A DNA stretch of 50,716 nt from a virus (Duplodnaviria > Caudoviricetes): positions 1-50,716 of the IMG/VR virus record IMGVR_UViG_3300026319_000007; one strand, 5' to 3'. The position numbers and the translations under genes are program-made. Of this stretch, positions 38,965 to 48,187 are shown piece after piece (within the stretch, counting starts at the first letter, position 1; each line of letters starts with the position of its first letter). Under the pieces are notes generated by a model. That model did not search any database and had not been told where the DNA came from. It saw only the letters and a list, made by a program, of their open reading frames with translations.

Positions 38965-40471
38965 CCTCTATTTCGATCTTAAAACTTTCATGCTTCTTTT
39001 GATATCGAGCTTTACTATGCTCAAAAAGTAATACTCCATCTTGCCAATCAAGGCTTATCACCTGATCCACCGCATCGCCCTTTGCTCCGCTTCCCCTCAA
39101 TCGTTTATTTCCCGCCTGGTGATACTGGGCCGATCCCTTCGTCTCGTGGTCCACGAGCATCACGGCGCATTTATAGGTGTCACAAAGGGGCGCGATGAGC
39201 TCATCAAAAAAGTATCTCATGTCCTTCGACTGGTTTTCGTCAAGCGTGTGCGCCGATGCGAATGAATCTATCACAACCAAGACTGGATGAATCTTCTCAA
39301 TCGTTTCGCACAGCTTTCGATAATGGTTATTGTTCGTGATCTTGATCCGATTGCGGATAAAGTAATAAAGGCTTAAATCATCCGTCGTGAGTCCCTTTGG
39401 CGAAATCAGCTGGCGAAGTCGATATGAGGTTAAATTACCACCAAGCTCATTGTCTATAAAAAGAACCGATCCGTGCTTTGTGCCAAATGTGTCCAGCCAT
39501 TTACCGTTCCCCTTCTTGCGTGAAATCTCGATGATGAGGTCGGTGGCAACAAACGTCTTCCCGAGTCCCTGATACCCACTGAATATCACCGATGAGGCCA
39601 TCGGAATTAGGCCATCCACAAGATAGTCAATCCTATTGGCAAACTTATGCACCACCTCAGTCGCGCTGAGAGGAGAAATTACCGACTCCTGCTTCAGTTG
39701 CTCAATGTACTGCGAGCTATATTCACCCTTCGTGAACCTCTGAGTAAAATCAACTATTTGTTCCTCAAGTTCCTTGTCCTTGTACGGTGGCCGGTTCTTT
39801 TTATTCCACTCTCGCAGATGTTGTGCCGCCACATCTGAATTCATGCAATTGTAATAGTAACCCGCGAGTCTTACCAATGCTTGATGGCGTTCCCCCTCTC
39901 CAACTCCATCAAGGATATCTTCGAGCCAAGATTCCTTGTTTTCAATCTGCAAATTACTTTCCCGAACTTCTGGTTCTTTGAGTAATAAATCAAGCAGCCA
40001 TTGGGGACAGTCTGAAATGGGTTGAGATAGATCATTCCATGTATACCGTGCGCCATCGGACCTGACTGATGGGGGCAATTTGACATAACCCCCCGTTCCA
40101 CGAACATCTATTTCTTTTTGTATTCTAGCAAGAGTTGTTTTCTTTTCATCAAGAGACTTAGGCCAGTTGAAGTGATATTGCATTCCCCGTTTAGTATGAA
40201 CACTGAGTGTAAGGGGATCTTTTCTGTCAAGATAAGTTCGTTGGCCTTCAGCTCCATCAATATCCAGCACGATCCGTTTTGAGATAGGCCCCGTAACCAT
40301 GCCAATATCTGCCGTTGGCCATTGGGTCCACCATTTGTTGATTTCTTCTTCATTTGCCTTCCTTGTTTGAAATTCTTTCCACAGAATTAATGGGGTTTTA
40401 TCCTTCACTGGAATGATAGATAGGCCGAGCTTCTGATAGTACAAGGCCCAATCACGCATTGCATTATCCAT
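38912..40471 (-). CDS. Primase-helicase (Prim-Pol, PriCT and RecA-like/AAA_25 ATPase)
   Basis: VLDIDG, DVRGTGGYVKLPPS; EGERHQAL; GYQGLGKT; VVIDSF. Confidence 0.9.
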   Translation of the reverse strand: MDNAMRDWALYYQKLGLSIIPVKDKTPLILWKEFQTRKANEEEINKWWTQWPTADIGMVTGPISKRIVLDIDGAEGQRTYLDRKDPLTLSVHTKRGMQYHFNWPKSLDEKKTTLARIQKEIDVRGTGGYVKLPPSVRSDGARYTWNDLSQPISDCPQWLLDLLLKEPEVRESNLQIENKESWLEDILDGVGEGERHQALVRLAGYYYNCMNSDVAAQHLREWNKKNRPPYKDKELEEQIVDFTQRFTKGEYSSQYIEQLKQESVISPLSATEVVHKFANRIDYLVDGLIPMASSVIFSGYQGLGKTFVATDLIIEISRKKGNGKWLDTFGTKHGSVLFIDNELGGNLTSYRLRQLISPKGLTTDDLSLYYFIRNRIKITNNNHYRKLCETIEKIHPVLVVIDSFASAHTLDENQSKDMRYFFDELIAPLCDTYKCAVMLVDHETKGSAQYHQAGNKRLRGSGAKGDAVDQVISLDWQDGVLLFEHSKARYQKKHESFKIEIEDVQNGIIVRNSGYITEK

Positions 40472-41007
40472 TACAGCTCCTTAAGTATCTCTTTCCATTT
40501 CTTTAAATAGTTAATTGCATTTTCTAAAACTAATAAATTTTCTTTAAAACATCCTAATCCAACATTACATGGATGACATAATAATCCTCTTATTTTTCCT
40601 GTTATATGATTATGGTCAACTGCAAATGCTTTAGAACAATTTTGTTGATCAATAAAACAAAGAGCACATTTATTATTTTGCTTATGTAGAAATTGATTAT
40701 ATTCTACCAATGTAATACCAAATCTATTTTTTAACTGCCCATTTTTAACAATTTGCGGATGTTTCTCTGCATACTTTTTTCTATAAGCTAATACTTTTTC
40801 TCTGTTTTTCTTTTGCCATTTTTTATCATACTCATAAGATTTTTCTGGGTACTCTTGTCGATATCTACAACTTCTAGCATTGTGCCATAATCGGCATCTA
40901 TCACACCGACATCCATAACTATATCCTGTACTCGGTTTTAAACTAATATATTTACATTCCACGTAAAATGTCCTTCCAACGACCCCGTTTTTTGAAAAAC
41001 TGAACAA
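40471..41007 (-). CDS. Endonuclease VII-like HNH nuclease (true start may be GTG 40962)
   Basis: FGITLVEY...QNNKCALC...VDHNHITGKIRGLLCHPCN. Confidence 0.85.
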   Translation of the reverse strand: MFSFSKNGVVGRTFYVECKYISLKPSTGYSYGCRCDRCRLWHNARSCRYRQEYPEKSYEYDKKWQKKNREKVLAYRKKYAEKHPQIVKNGQLKNRFGITLVEYNQFLHKQNNKCALCFIDQQNCSKAFAVDHNHITGKIRGLLCHPCNVGLGCFKENLLVLENAINYLKKWKEILKEL

Positions 41008-41599
41008 TATTTACACCTTCTAAAAACACGGGAAGAAATGTTCCTTTGAGATCATGATATGGATGAGTCTCAAATTGCTTTTCAGCATTTGGATCACTTG
41101 GAGTCCGAACTATAACTCCATCATTGATTATAATACCATGTTCTTCTTCAGCAGCATGAGCATAAGCAGCCATTTGAAGGGGATATTCAAGCCGTGATTC
41201 TTTAGATGTTTTCCAATCAGCTACCCATTTTGTTTGATCTTCTCCAAAAGTACAAAGCAAGTCTGGATGTCCACGAAAACCATACTTTTCACTTGTTAAT
41301 GTACATTCAATAGCTGGAGAATTATTAATTGTAAGTGGTTTAACTTTCGTTTCTTGACACCACTTGACAAGCAATCCACCACAAAATAATTGCCGATTGG
41401 TAAATGTTGGAGGAACTTCAGTTCCTAGAAGATGATTCTCTACAACTGTATGAACAGCCTTTCCAAAGTCTGTAGATTCTTTGCTAATTCGTTCACATTC
41501 ATCAATACCCACTGATTTAGCCCAGTATTGCCACCATGATGAGTTTATAAAACTACATACTTCTGTTACTCTTATATATTTAGAGGCTGGTCTTCCCAT
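40952..41599 (-). CDS. PD-(D/E)XK exonuclease (RecB/Cas4-like fold)
   Basis: GKAVH, GHPD, DWKTS, QMAAY. Confidence 0.85.
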   Translation of the reverse strand: MGRPASKYIRVTEVCSFINSSWWQYWAKSVGIDECERISKESTDFGKAVHTVVENHLLGTEVPPTFTNRQLFCGGLLVKWCQETKVKPLTINNSPAIECTLTSEKYGFRGHPDLLCTFGEDQTKWVADWKTSKESRLEYPLQMAAYAHAAEEEHGIIINDGVIVRTPSDPNAEKQFETHPYHDLKGTFLPVFLEGVNIVQFFKKRGRWKDILRGM

Positions 41600-41930
41600 T
41601 TAATTCCCTTTTATTGTGGGCTTGCTGACTTATTGTAGCCCATCTGCAATTGGACGGAGTATAATTACCATTTACATTCATTCGATCTAATGTGTATTCT
41701 TTCCCTGGTTTACGGCCCATATCATTAAGAAAATTTACATAATTACTCCATCGTTTACAAAATTTAATTCCTCTTCCACCATACCATTTATACGCGCAAT
41801 GATTAAAATTTGTGCAACGACGTTTCATAGCATACCAACTATTATACTCTGGAGAAAAACAATCTCCATGAATAATTGGAAAATATAGTGGTTTATGCCC
41901 TTTCTTAAAGGTTGTTGAACTTTTAGCCAT
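41580..41930 (-). CDS. HNH-type homing endonuclease
   Basis: YNSWYAMKRRC...YGGRGIK...TLDRMNVNGNYTPSNCRWAT; likely start MAKSS. Confidence 0.85.
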   Translation of the reverse strand: MAKSSTTFKKGHKPLYFPIIHGDCFSPEYNSWYAMKRRCTNFNHCAYKWYGGRGIKFCKRWSNYVNFLNDMGRKPGKEYTLDRMNVNGNYTPSNCRWATISQQAHNKRELNGKTSL

Positions 41931-41961
41931 TAAAGAAGATATGGATTGGCCTTCCGAGGCA

Positions 41962-42501
41962 TTATAGAGTCCCATTAAGAGCATCCTCATAATCTTTAAG
42001 ACTTGATTTGAACCATTCACGCTTCGTTGCTTGAGCCTCTTCCAATCGTTTGCCAACGACAAGTTGAGCGAGTGCCGGAGATTCAAGAGTGCTTTTGAGA
42101 ATCGCGTCAAGATGAATCAAAAAGGATTTTCTGTCCCAATCTTCCTTGCTCATTTTATCATTGGCCAAAGGCAATGCTGCCTCTGCGCGTTTTTGGGCCG
42201 GAGCCACGGGGGGAACTCCACCCGGAGCTTTAGTGTCGGTGACCGTCGTCGGAGGAAGTGCCGGCGGCAATGGCAAGCCCACTGGGGCCTGGCCAACTGG
42301 AACCGGACCAAAGCTGTTCACGCTCTTTCCGCCCTTTGGACCTGTATAAACTTCCATTTGATAGGAAGTTCCCACTCCGAAATGCTGGGGAGTGATGCCG
42401 CTTTCTTTTAATCTTGGGCTGATGTTGTAATTCTTTCCAGCCGCCCGAAAACCATACTGTGTGACTGCTTCAACTGTCAAAACTTCTTGTGTTGTGTTCA
42501 T
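41962..42501 (-). CDS. Putative ssDNA-binding / recombination protein
   Basis: Beta-rich N-terminus and Pro-rich linker; upstream of the exonuclease; AAGGAG RBS. Confidence 0.45.
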   Translation of the reverse strand: MNTTQEVLTVEAVTQYGFRAAGKNYNISPRLKESGITPQHFGVGTSYQMEVYTGPKGGKSVNSFGPVPVGQAPVGLPLPPALPPTTVTDTKAPGGVPPVAPAQKRAEAALPLANDKMSKEDWDRKSFLIHLDAILKSTLESPALAQLVVGKRLEEAQATKREWFKSSLKDYEDALNGTL

Positions 42502-42679
42502 TTAATTCTCCTTATTTAATCCAAATAGGATTAGTGCCATTAACTTGATGGTATCCTTGTTGAATATACAAAGCATTTTCATCAAAATTTCTTTTTATAG
42601 CATAGCCACTTAATAAACCAGCAACGACGAGAAAACTTAGTAAAAATATCGTTCCTTCATCATACATATCAATTCTCCT

Positions 42680-43258
42680 TTAAAACTTTGTATTCACACC
42701 CAAAACAAAACTCTTATCCAAATCAGTGCCAATGACCAGAGATGTGTTGGTTAAATATTTCCATCGAGGCCCATAAGCATATGCAACATATGGTCTTATT
42801 TCTTTATTTCCTGACAAAGCAAATCTCAATCCGACAAGTGCTTCATGCTTTCGGTAGAAGAAAAAGCCATCATTCAGAGTGATTCCGGCGTGGCCGGAGG
42901 CATAGCACGTTCCTGCTCCTGGAGCAAACTCGAATCCCCACGTTCGGAATGCATAGCTAACATTTCCCCGATTATCAATTGAGATACGTATGTCTCTAGC
43001 TCCATCAGTTCGTTTAACAATCTCTGGAGGGATCTGTGGGGATTGAGAGGAAAGGTTAGTTCCATTAAAACTTCTTCGCGTAATCGTTGTAACCTGTCCC
43101 GTGTCTGTGTCAATAATAATCGCTGTTTTTTCCTGTGGTCTGAGATGTTCATCGGTTACCTCTTTGATCTTTCGATTGTCACATTGTTTAAATACTAAAA
43201 CACTAAATATAATAATTAAAAGTCCTAAAAGTAAATATTTTTTATTCATTTTCATCAT
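42680..43258 (-). CDS. Envelope protein with N-terminal TM anchor and beta-strand C-terminus ending in Phe
   Basis: KKYLLLGLLIIIFSVLVF; alternating aromatic/Gly strands; VLGVNTKF. Confidence 0.55.
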   Translation of the reverse strand: MMKMNKKYLLLGLLIIIFSVLVFKQCDNRKIKEVTDEHLRPQEKTAIIIDTDTGQVTTITRRSFNGTNLSSQSPQIPPEIVKRTDGARDIRISIDNRGNVSYAFRTWGFEFAPGAGTCYASGHAGITLNDGFFFYRKHEALVGLRFALSGNKEIRPYVAYAYGPRWKYLTNTSLVIGTDLDKSFVLGVNTKF

Positions 43259-43499
43259 CCTTGTTGGCTATCATTCGACTTACTCCATGCACTGTAAAGC
43301 CCGCCAGCACTGAACCGTAAGCCGTAAGAATGCTCGCCTTGATGTCATAACCCGTAAAAAAGGCCACCCACATCATAATCCAAACTTGTAATGTAAACAA
43401 GCCGAGTATCGAACCACTTGGAATGTCGAGAAACTTCAGGATCTTTCCCCAAAAGGAAAGTTCTTGTTTCATTTTATAAATAAAAGATTTCTTTTTCAT
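43242..43499 (-). CDS. Two-TM membrane protein, holin-like candidate
   Basis: Two hydrophobic segments with charged termini. Confidence 0.5.
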   Translation of the reverse strand: MKKKSFIYKMKQELSFWGKILKFLDIPSGSILGLFTLQVWIMMWVAFFTGYDIKASILTAYGSVLAGFTVHGVSRMIANKDDENE

Positions 43500-43641
43500 A
43501 AACTTTCACAATAATCATATTGCTGAATATATTTATAACATTCAACAGGTTCTATGGGTTTTGGGGAATATTGTCTCTCTTTAATCTCTTTACCACGTCC
43601 ACAAACAGGGCATTCGTAAATCCAAAATAAATACCAGTATT

Positions 43642-43845
43642 TCATTTCAATTCATCCTCTGAAGGAATATAAACAGTTCCGTCATCATAGACTTCAGCAG
43701 GCCATTTAAAAAATCTATTTCCCGCATATTTTTGAGCTTCTTCTAAGAAAAAGAAATACTGTTTTGTCAATGTATAACCAGATTGATTAACTTCTTTCAC
43801 CAAAGCTTGGAATGCAAATTCCCCTAATAAATTATTTATCTTCAT
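43642..43845 (-). CDS. Hypothetical protein
   Basis: ORF track; coupling. Confidence 0.5.
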   Translation of the reverse strand: MKINNLLGEFAFQALVKEVNQSGYTLTKQYFFFLEEAQKYAGNRFFKWPAEVYDDGTVYIPSEDELK

Positions 43846-44359
43846 CCTTCTTCCTCTTACCTTCTTTCAGTTCTGGATGCTCTTTGTAAAATGTGTCGAT
43901 CTCCAGTTTGTGCTGTTCCATACGCTCCTTAAACAATGGATCAATATCCGTATGGCCCTTAATTGTTATGCCTTTCTGAAATCCCGACATATCATTGTTA
44001 TCCAAAGACTGTTTTATTTTTTCACATTGAAACCTCAATTTTTCTATGGCAGTCTTAAGTGTTCTGCTGATAGTAGACTTATCAAGGCCTAATTGCGAGG
44101 CCATGCGAGTGACAGTGTAACCTTTCAATGAGAAAAGTTCCCAAACAATCTTTTGTTGAAAAGAAAATTTTACTCTTTCTATTGCCTTTAAATATAAGCT
44201 ATATTGCTCCTCTTGTTGAGGGGTTAAAATACTTTTAGGAAAAAGTGCCTCCGCTTCAGAAAGTAAATCTGGATTAGCCCTTGGATTTTCCATCCAGTTT
44301 TGGTTGCCCACTTTATTCCAGTAAGGGCTATTTTCATTGCTCGAATTCTTCTTGCTCAT
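43832..44359 (-). CDS. Sigma70 region-4-like HTH transcription factor
   Basis: FSFQQKIVWEL...GYTVTRMASQLGLDKSTISRTLKTAIEKLR. Confidence 0.75.
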   Translation of the reverse strand: MSKKNSSNENSPYWNKVGNQNWMENPRANPDLLSEAEALFPKSILTPQQEEQYSLYLKAIERVKFSFQQKIVWELFSLKGYTVTRMASQLGLDKSTISRTLKTAIEKLRFQCEKIKQSLDNNDMSGFQKGITIKGHTDIDPLFKERMEQHKLEIDTFYKEHPELKEGKRKKDEDK

Positions 44360-44371
44360 GTAGCTATCCTT

Positions 44372-44758
44372 TTATTCGCTTAGTCGCCGTTTGATGACGT
44401 ATACTCGATGTCTTTGGGTGCCAATTTTCTTCTCTTCATCGTATGAAGGAACCCATATATCAATATGCTGACATAATTTGAATCTTTTGTGAGAAATCTT
44501 GTCATAAGTTGTATCATTCATTACATCATTCACTTGATAGATTCCCAAATTCTCAATATAGACATAATCTCCATAATTCAAAGGCCCTTTCCAGCGGGTT
44601 AGGAGATCTCGACTGACTGCTACTCCTCCTTTGTGTGTCCTGTCCCCAATTGAAGTGTAATTTGGAGAAGAGTCGGTTTGTGAAGGAATGGATCTGTAGG
44701 CTGTAATAGTCATGTTTGAATTCAATAAAATGCCTAAGAACAAAATTACCTCATTCAT
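44372..44758 (-). CDS. 3D-domain (MltA-like) protein with hydrophobic N-terminus
   Basis: TAY...QTDSSP..TSIG...VAVSRDL...NDVM...HIDIW. Confidence 0.8.
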   Translation of the reverse strand: MNEVILFLGILLNSNMTITAYRSIPSQTDSSPNYTSIGDRTHKGGVAVSRDLLTRWKGPLNYGDYVYIENLGIYQVNDVMNDTTYDKISHKRFKLCQHIDIWVPSYDEEKKIGTQRHRVYVIKRRLSE

Positions 44759-44949
44759 CGTGCCTCCTCAATCTCTTCTATCAGGCAAACCATGCGAATT
44801 TTTCTCGTTCCAAATTCGTCGAATATCAAGAACTTCATGAATTCATTAGTGTGATTGAGGCCATAGCATTCGACTCTCTTTTCCTCTCTATATGGGCCTT
44901 TCGCCTTCAGATTATACAACCGCCCTTCAATTGCAGATTCAGCTTTCAT
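44755..44949 (-). CDS. Hypothetical protein
   Basis: ATGA overlaps on both sides. Confidence 0.5.
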   Translation of the reverse strand: MKAESAIEGRLYNLKAKGPYREEKRVECYGLNHTNEFMKFLIFDEFGTRKIRMVCLIEEIEEAR

Positions 44950-45149
44950 TTTTTCCTTATTTTAGAAAGTTTTAAGACTTCAATCTTTTTCATATCCTTT
45001 CCACCACAACGGAAATAGTCATATCCACCATCTATGAAAGTTTGATTTGGGCATTTACATTCAGTAAAATCATGCCGGTAGTTGCTTACAAGAACTATAC
45101 TACATTGAAGACATTTAATTACATTCGGATATTTCATTAGTGTTTCCAA
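44946..45149 (-). CDS. Zinc-binding phage protein (CxxC..S..RHDF..CxC...IDGG.DY.R)
   Basis: Recognisable conserved phage motif. Confidence 0.65.
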   Translation of the reverse strand: METLMKYPNVIKCLQCSIVLVSNYRHDFTECKCPNQTFIDGGYDYFRCGGKDMKKIEVLKLSKIRKK

Positions 45150-45359
45150 CTTAAAATGATTAATTGAAGTTGCAACTTACTGATTTGATATTTTAATTCA
45201 CAAATCATTGCTTGTGTGTTAATCCATTGAACTAATTCAATATCGTTCATTTAGAATTGCTTCCTGGACGACGATAAGCTTTAGGGTCTTTCTTACCAAC
45301 TGTATCATCATAATCTCTCTGCCTTGTGGCAAGTTTACGTTTCATTTTCTTTGCATGTT

Positions 45360-45617
45360 TCATTTAAAATACTCTCTAAGATCAGCAAATAAAGTTGCCA
45401 GTGTATCAAGTTTTTGAATATGAAATGAATCAAAAAATTGTTTATTAGTTTCTTGAACTTCTAAAGGCCAAAAAGAACACTCAAAATCATTAGAATCTTT
45501 TGGAAAATAACCAAATTTTAATGCAAATGAATTAATGCATTCATCTAGCTGAGAATTATATTCATAAAATAATTCATCAATAGTTTGATTAAATGGATGT
45601 TTATTTCTATTTTTCAT
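45360..45617 (-). CDS. Hypothetical protein
   Basis: First gene after the 45634-45662 promoter. Confidence 0.5.
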   Translation of the reverse strand: MKNRNKHPFNQTIDELFYEYNSQLDECINSFALKFGYFPKDSNDFECSFWPLEVQETNKQFFDSFHIQKLDTLATLFADLREYFK

Positions 45618-45633
45618 GAATTCACCTTTGATA

Positions 45634-45662
45634 AGTATACCATGAGTTCAGGCCATATGCAA
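45634..45662 (-). promoter_or_regulatory. Sigma70-type promoter (TTGCAT-17-TATACT, extended -10)
   Basis: Hexamers and spacing read directly; AAGGTG RBS and ATG follow. Confidence 0.65.
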
Positions 45663-45696
45663 ACCTTTCTTATCATCCGTTAGAAACTCCTGTGGT

Positions 45697-46080
45697 TCAA
45701 TGATTATTCCAATATTTTAAGTATTTATTGCAAATGGTTACAAAATCTTGCCGTTCAATTACTCCTAAATTAATATTACAAGGAACACATAGTAGTCCTC
45801 TTATTTGTGCTGTCTTATGATTATGATCTATTACCAATAATTTAGTAAGCTTTTGTTGATGCTTTTGACAAATTGCACATTTATACTTTTGAAGAACTAA
45901 TTTTTTCTCATAATCTTCAATAGATAAGTTATAGGCTCTTTTTAAATGCTCTTTTCTTTTATATTTTTTATAGCATTTTTTACAATAAGAGCATATTCCA
46001 GATTTACTAAATGGAAAAGCTTCTAACGGAAGTAATTGCTTACAAGTTGGACACTTTTTGTTGGATATCCCAATTTCCAT
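45697..46080 (-). CDS. Endonuclease VII-like HNH nuclease
   Basis: CPTC..CKKC; YNLSIEDY..CAIC..IDHNHKTAQIRGLLCVPCN; AAGGAGG RBS. Confidence 0.85.
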   Translation of the reverse strand: MEIGISNKKCPTCKQLLPLEAFPFSKSGICSYCKKCYKKYKRKEHLKRAYNLSIEDYEKKLVLQKYKCAICQKHQQKLTKLLVIDHNHKTAQIRGLLCVPCNINLGVIERQDFVTICNKYLKYWNNH

Positions 46081-46194
46081 AGTCTTTGGTTTCCTCCTTT
46101 ATAATTCCTGTTAGATGTCTCTCTTTACATTCATACAATTGCACATTTTGGTAAACTTCTGATGGAGTTGCCTTTAATCCACATTGTAAACAAT

Positions 46195-46479
46195 TCATTT
46201 ATAAATGTCCTTAAAATATTTTTGTCGAAGTATGTCATTAAAACTTTCACAAGTTTTACCAACACAAAGATGAACTACAGCATACTTTTTTTCGTCCTGA
46301 CATTTTCGGCATGGTACATAACCAACATGAGGATAACCTTTAAAGTAAAGCTTACTTTTCCATCTATCTGGCCAAATTTGTTGCCATTCTTTTATGAAAA
46401 ATTTAATGCAACATTCGGGAATATTGGAATGTCTGCCATATTCTATATCGTAAGCATTAAATCTTTCTTTTCGATTCAT
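46195..46479 (-). CDS. Cys-rich hypothetical protein
   Basis: IPECCIKFF...GYVPCRKC. Confidence 0.55.
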   Translation of the reverse strand: MNRKERFNAYDIEYGRHSNIPECCIKFFIKEWQQIWPDRWKSKLYFKGYPHVGYVPCRKCQDEKKYAVVHLCVGKTCESFNDILRQKYFKDIYK

Positions 46480-46631
46480 TGTGGTTTTTCCTCTGGATTA
46501 AGCCAGATTCCGTTGATTTTCACGGCCAGTTTTTTACCGGTCTTCATTTCCAGCATGTACTCCATGCCCGTTTCCGAATCCACAACCCACTTGGCTTCCA
46601 ATGTGTCCTCCATCGCATTATCAATGTTCAT
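46476..46631 (-). CDS. Hypothetical 51-aa protein
   Basis: Read by hand (MNIDNAMEDTLEAKWVVD...); GAGGAG RBS; ATGA overlaps. Confidence 0.5.
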   Translation of the reverse strand: MNIDNAMEDTLEAKWVVDSETGMEYMLEMKTGKKLAVKINGIWLNPEEKPQ

Positions 46632-46753
46632 AGATCATTCTCCTCTTCGACAAAATTTGACAGCTCATCTTCTTCATTTAGCATCACTAGTTCTGAAACA
46701 GTCAGATCTTCCATCAACTCGTGAAGCGGCTCATTTCCTGATTTGCGGTCCAT
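46628..46753 (-). CDS. Very acidic 41-aa protein
   Basis: Read by hand; GAGGAGG RBS. Confidence 0.5.
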   Translation of the reverse strand: MDRKSGNEPLHELMEDLTVSELVMLNEEDELSNFVEEENDL

Positions 46754-46993
46754 AATTCCTCCTCTTAGGCTTATCTGAAAGCTTTGCGATTAACAACCAA
46801 AACATTGTAAGCATTCCGAATTCAAAAATCCACATTTCTCTTTGCCTCCTCGGTCAGCTCATCGTAGCATAGCCAGCAACCCAGCCTGTCCCATGCGCTC
46901 CGGTCATTGTCATGCCCTCCCTCCTCATGGCATCCGACGCATTGGCAAAGCTCGTGACGCTCGGGGGGATCAAACCAGGAATCAATGATCATA

Positions 46994-47200
46994 TCACCAC
47001 CGCTGACCATATTGGCCATAATTGGGCTCGAATGACTTGCCATCTCGCCAATCCCGACGGTCCTGAAGCCACGCATCCCTTGTCTCACACCACAGGCCCA
47101 AATAATTCACTGCCTGATTGTGCTCTTTCACGTAAACACTGCCCACCGCCAAACAGCCGATGAGAAATCCTGTCAATATGCCAATTAGAAATGCTTTCAT
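46994..47200 (-). CDS. Membrane-anchored small protein
   Basis: N-terminal TM; GGAGG RBS. Confidence 0.5.
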   Translation of the reverse strand: MKAFLIGILTGFLIGCLAVGSVYVKEHNQAVNYLGLWCETRDAWLQDRRDWRDGKSFEPNYGQYGQRW

Positions 47201-47619
47201 TAGTTTACCCTCCGAGGAATGTCGTCTTTGACAATTTGAAGGGGATTAAAATAGACGCTTCTTTCCTTTGGCGTCGCATCCGCCGGAACCAAATCATAAA
47301 AAACATAGGTCTTTATCTCGTTCGGCTCGTCGAAGTACAGCCTCGTCGCAAACACCTTGTTTCCTCTGCTGTCGGTCGCATGCTCGATGAGACGTTCTGC
47401 CGCCTCCCTCGATTCACAGTTGTAGACTACGATCCTGTCGATTCCGGGCGGGATGCTTCGCTTGTGGATGTTGTAAAGCCTCTTCGAAGCTATTTTTTCC
47501 GCAATTCGCGCCTCTACATCCTGGTGCTCTACATTGCGCTTCCTGAATTCGGCTATTTTCTTTTGAATAAAGTCATCCATTGGAATCCTCCTCTTATTGA
47601 ATAGCATCAAGATAGGCAA
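47200..47619 (-). CDS. Hypothetical protein (likely start MDDFIQKK)
   Basis: GAGGAGG RBS before the internal ATG. Confidence 0.55.
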   Translation of the reverse strand: MPILMLFNKRRIPMDDFIQKKIAEFRKRNVEHQDVEARIAEKIASKRLYNIHKRSIPPGIDRIVVYNCESREAAERLIEHATDSRGNKVFATRLYFDEPNEIKTYVFYDLVPADATPKERSVYFNPLQIVKDDIPRRVN

Positions 47620-47893
47620 AGTAAATCAATCCAATAACTCCACCAATAAGATAAATGGTAAACCATAAGGTTAAAAATTTTTCCATTTAATTTACTCCTT
47701 TATTGGTTAAAACTAAATAAGTGGTGTAACCTTTTTTTGTTTGTTCAAATAATTTAACGATTTGATGATCTCTTTTTGTTTCATTAAAATTAGCTCTAAC
47801 AATACCAATTCCAATCACAAACCATAAAACAATGAAATAAGGCATATTATTTTACTTCCTTAATTTGATTTCTTAATTTGGTTTGAAAATCTC

Positions 47894-48187
47894 TTATAAT
47901 GATTTTCTTTCTTCAGCCTGAATAACAACTTGCTCTAAATCTTCTATTTCTGGCATTACAATCGCTTCTAAATCTGGACCAACTGGCAACCGAAGATAGG
48001 CTTTAAGAACTCTTTTCGCTACTCTCAATAATGCCTCATAGTTATTAATGGTATTAATGATGACTCTTGCATTATTCGGAGTATATACTTCTGCCACAAA
48101 ATAGCCATTTGTATCATAAATTATTAGACCATTGATTCTACTTACTTTCCATGGCGGTGGCGCATGCCTTTCTGTTGTGGTTTTCAT
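47894..48187 (-). CDS. Early protein of the KHTPGPW...NARLI type
   Basis: RHAPPPWKV...VAEV...NARVI; GAGG RBS. Confidence 0.6.
   Translation of the reverse strand: MKTTTERHAPPPWKVSRINGLIIYDTNGYFVAEVYTPNNARVIINTINNYEALLRVAKRVLKAYLRLPVGPDLEAIVMPEIEDLEQVVIQAEERKSL

Noticed and set aside
40952-41599. Cas4-like nuclease as a sign of CRISPR
   Set aside because: No repeat-spacer array or other cas genes; lacks the four-Cys cluster; ordinary phage exonuclease context
46162-47604. Plus-strand ORFs 46162-46755 and 47191-47604
   Set aside because: Shadows of tightly coupled minus-strand genes that have clear RBSs
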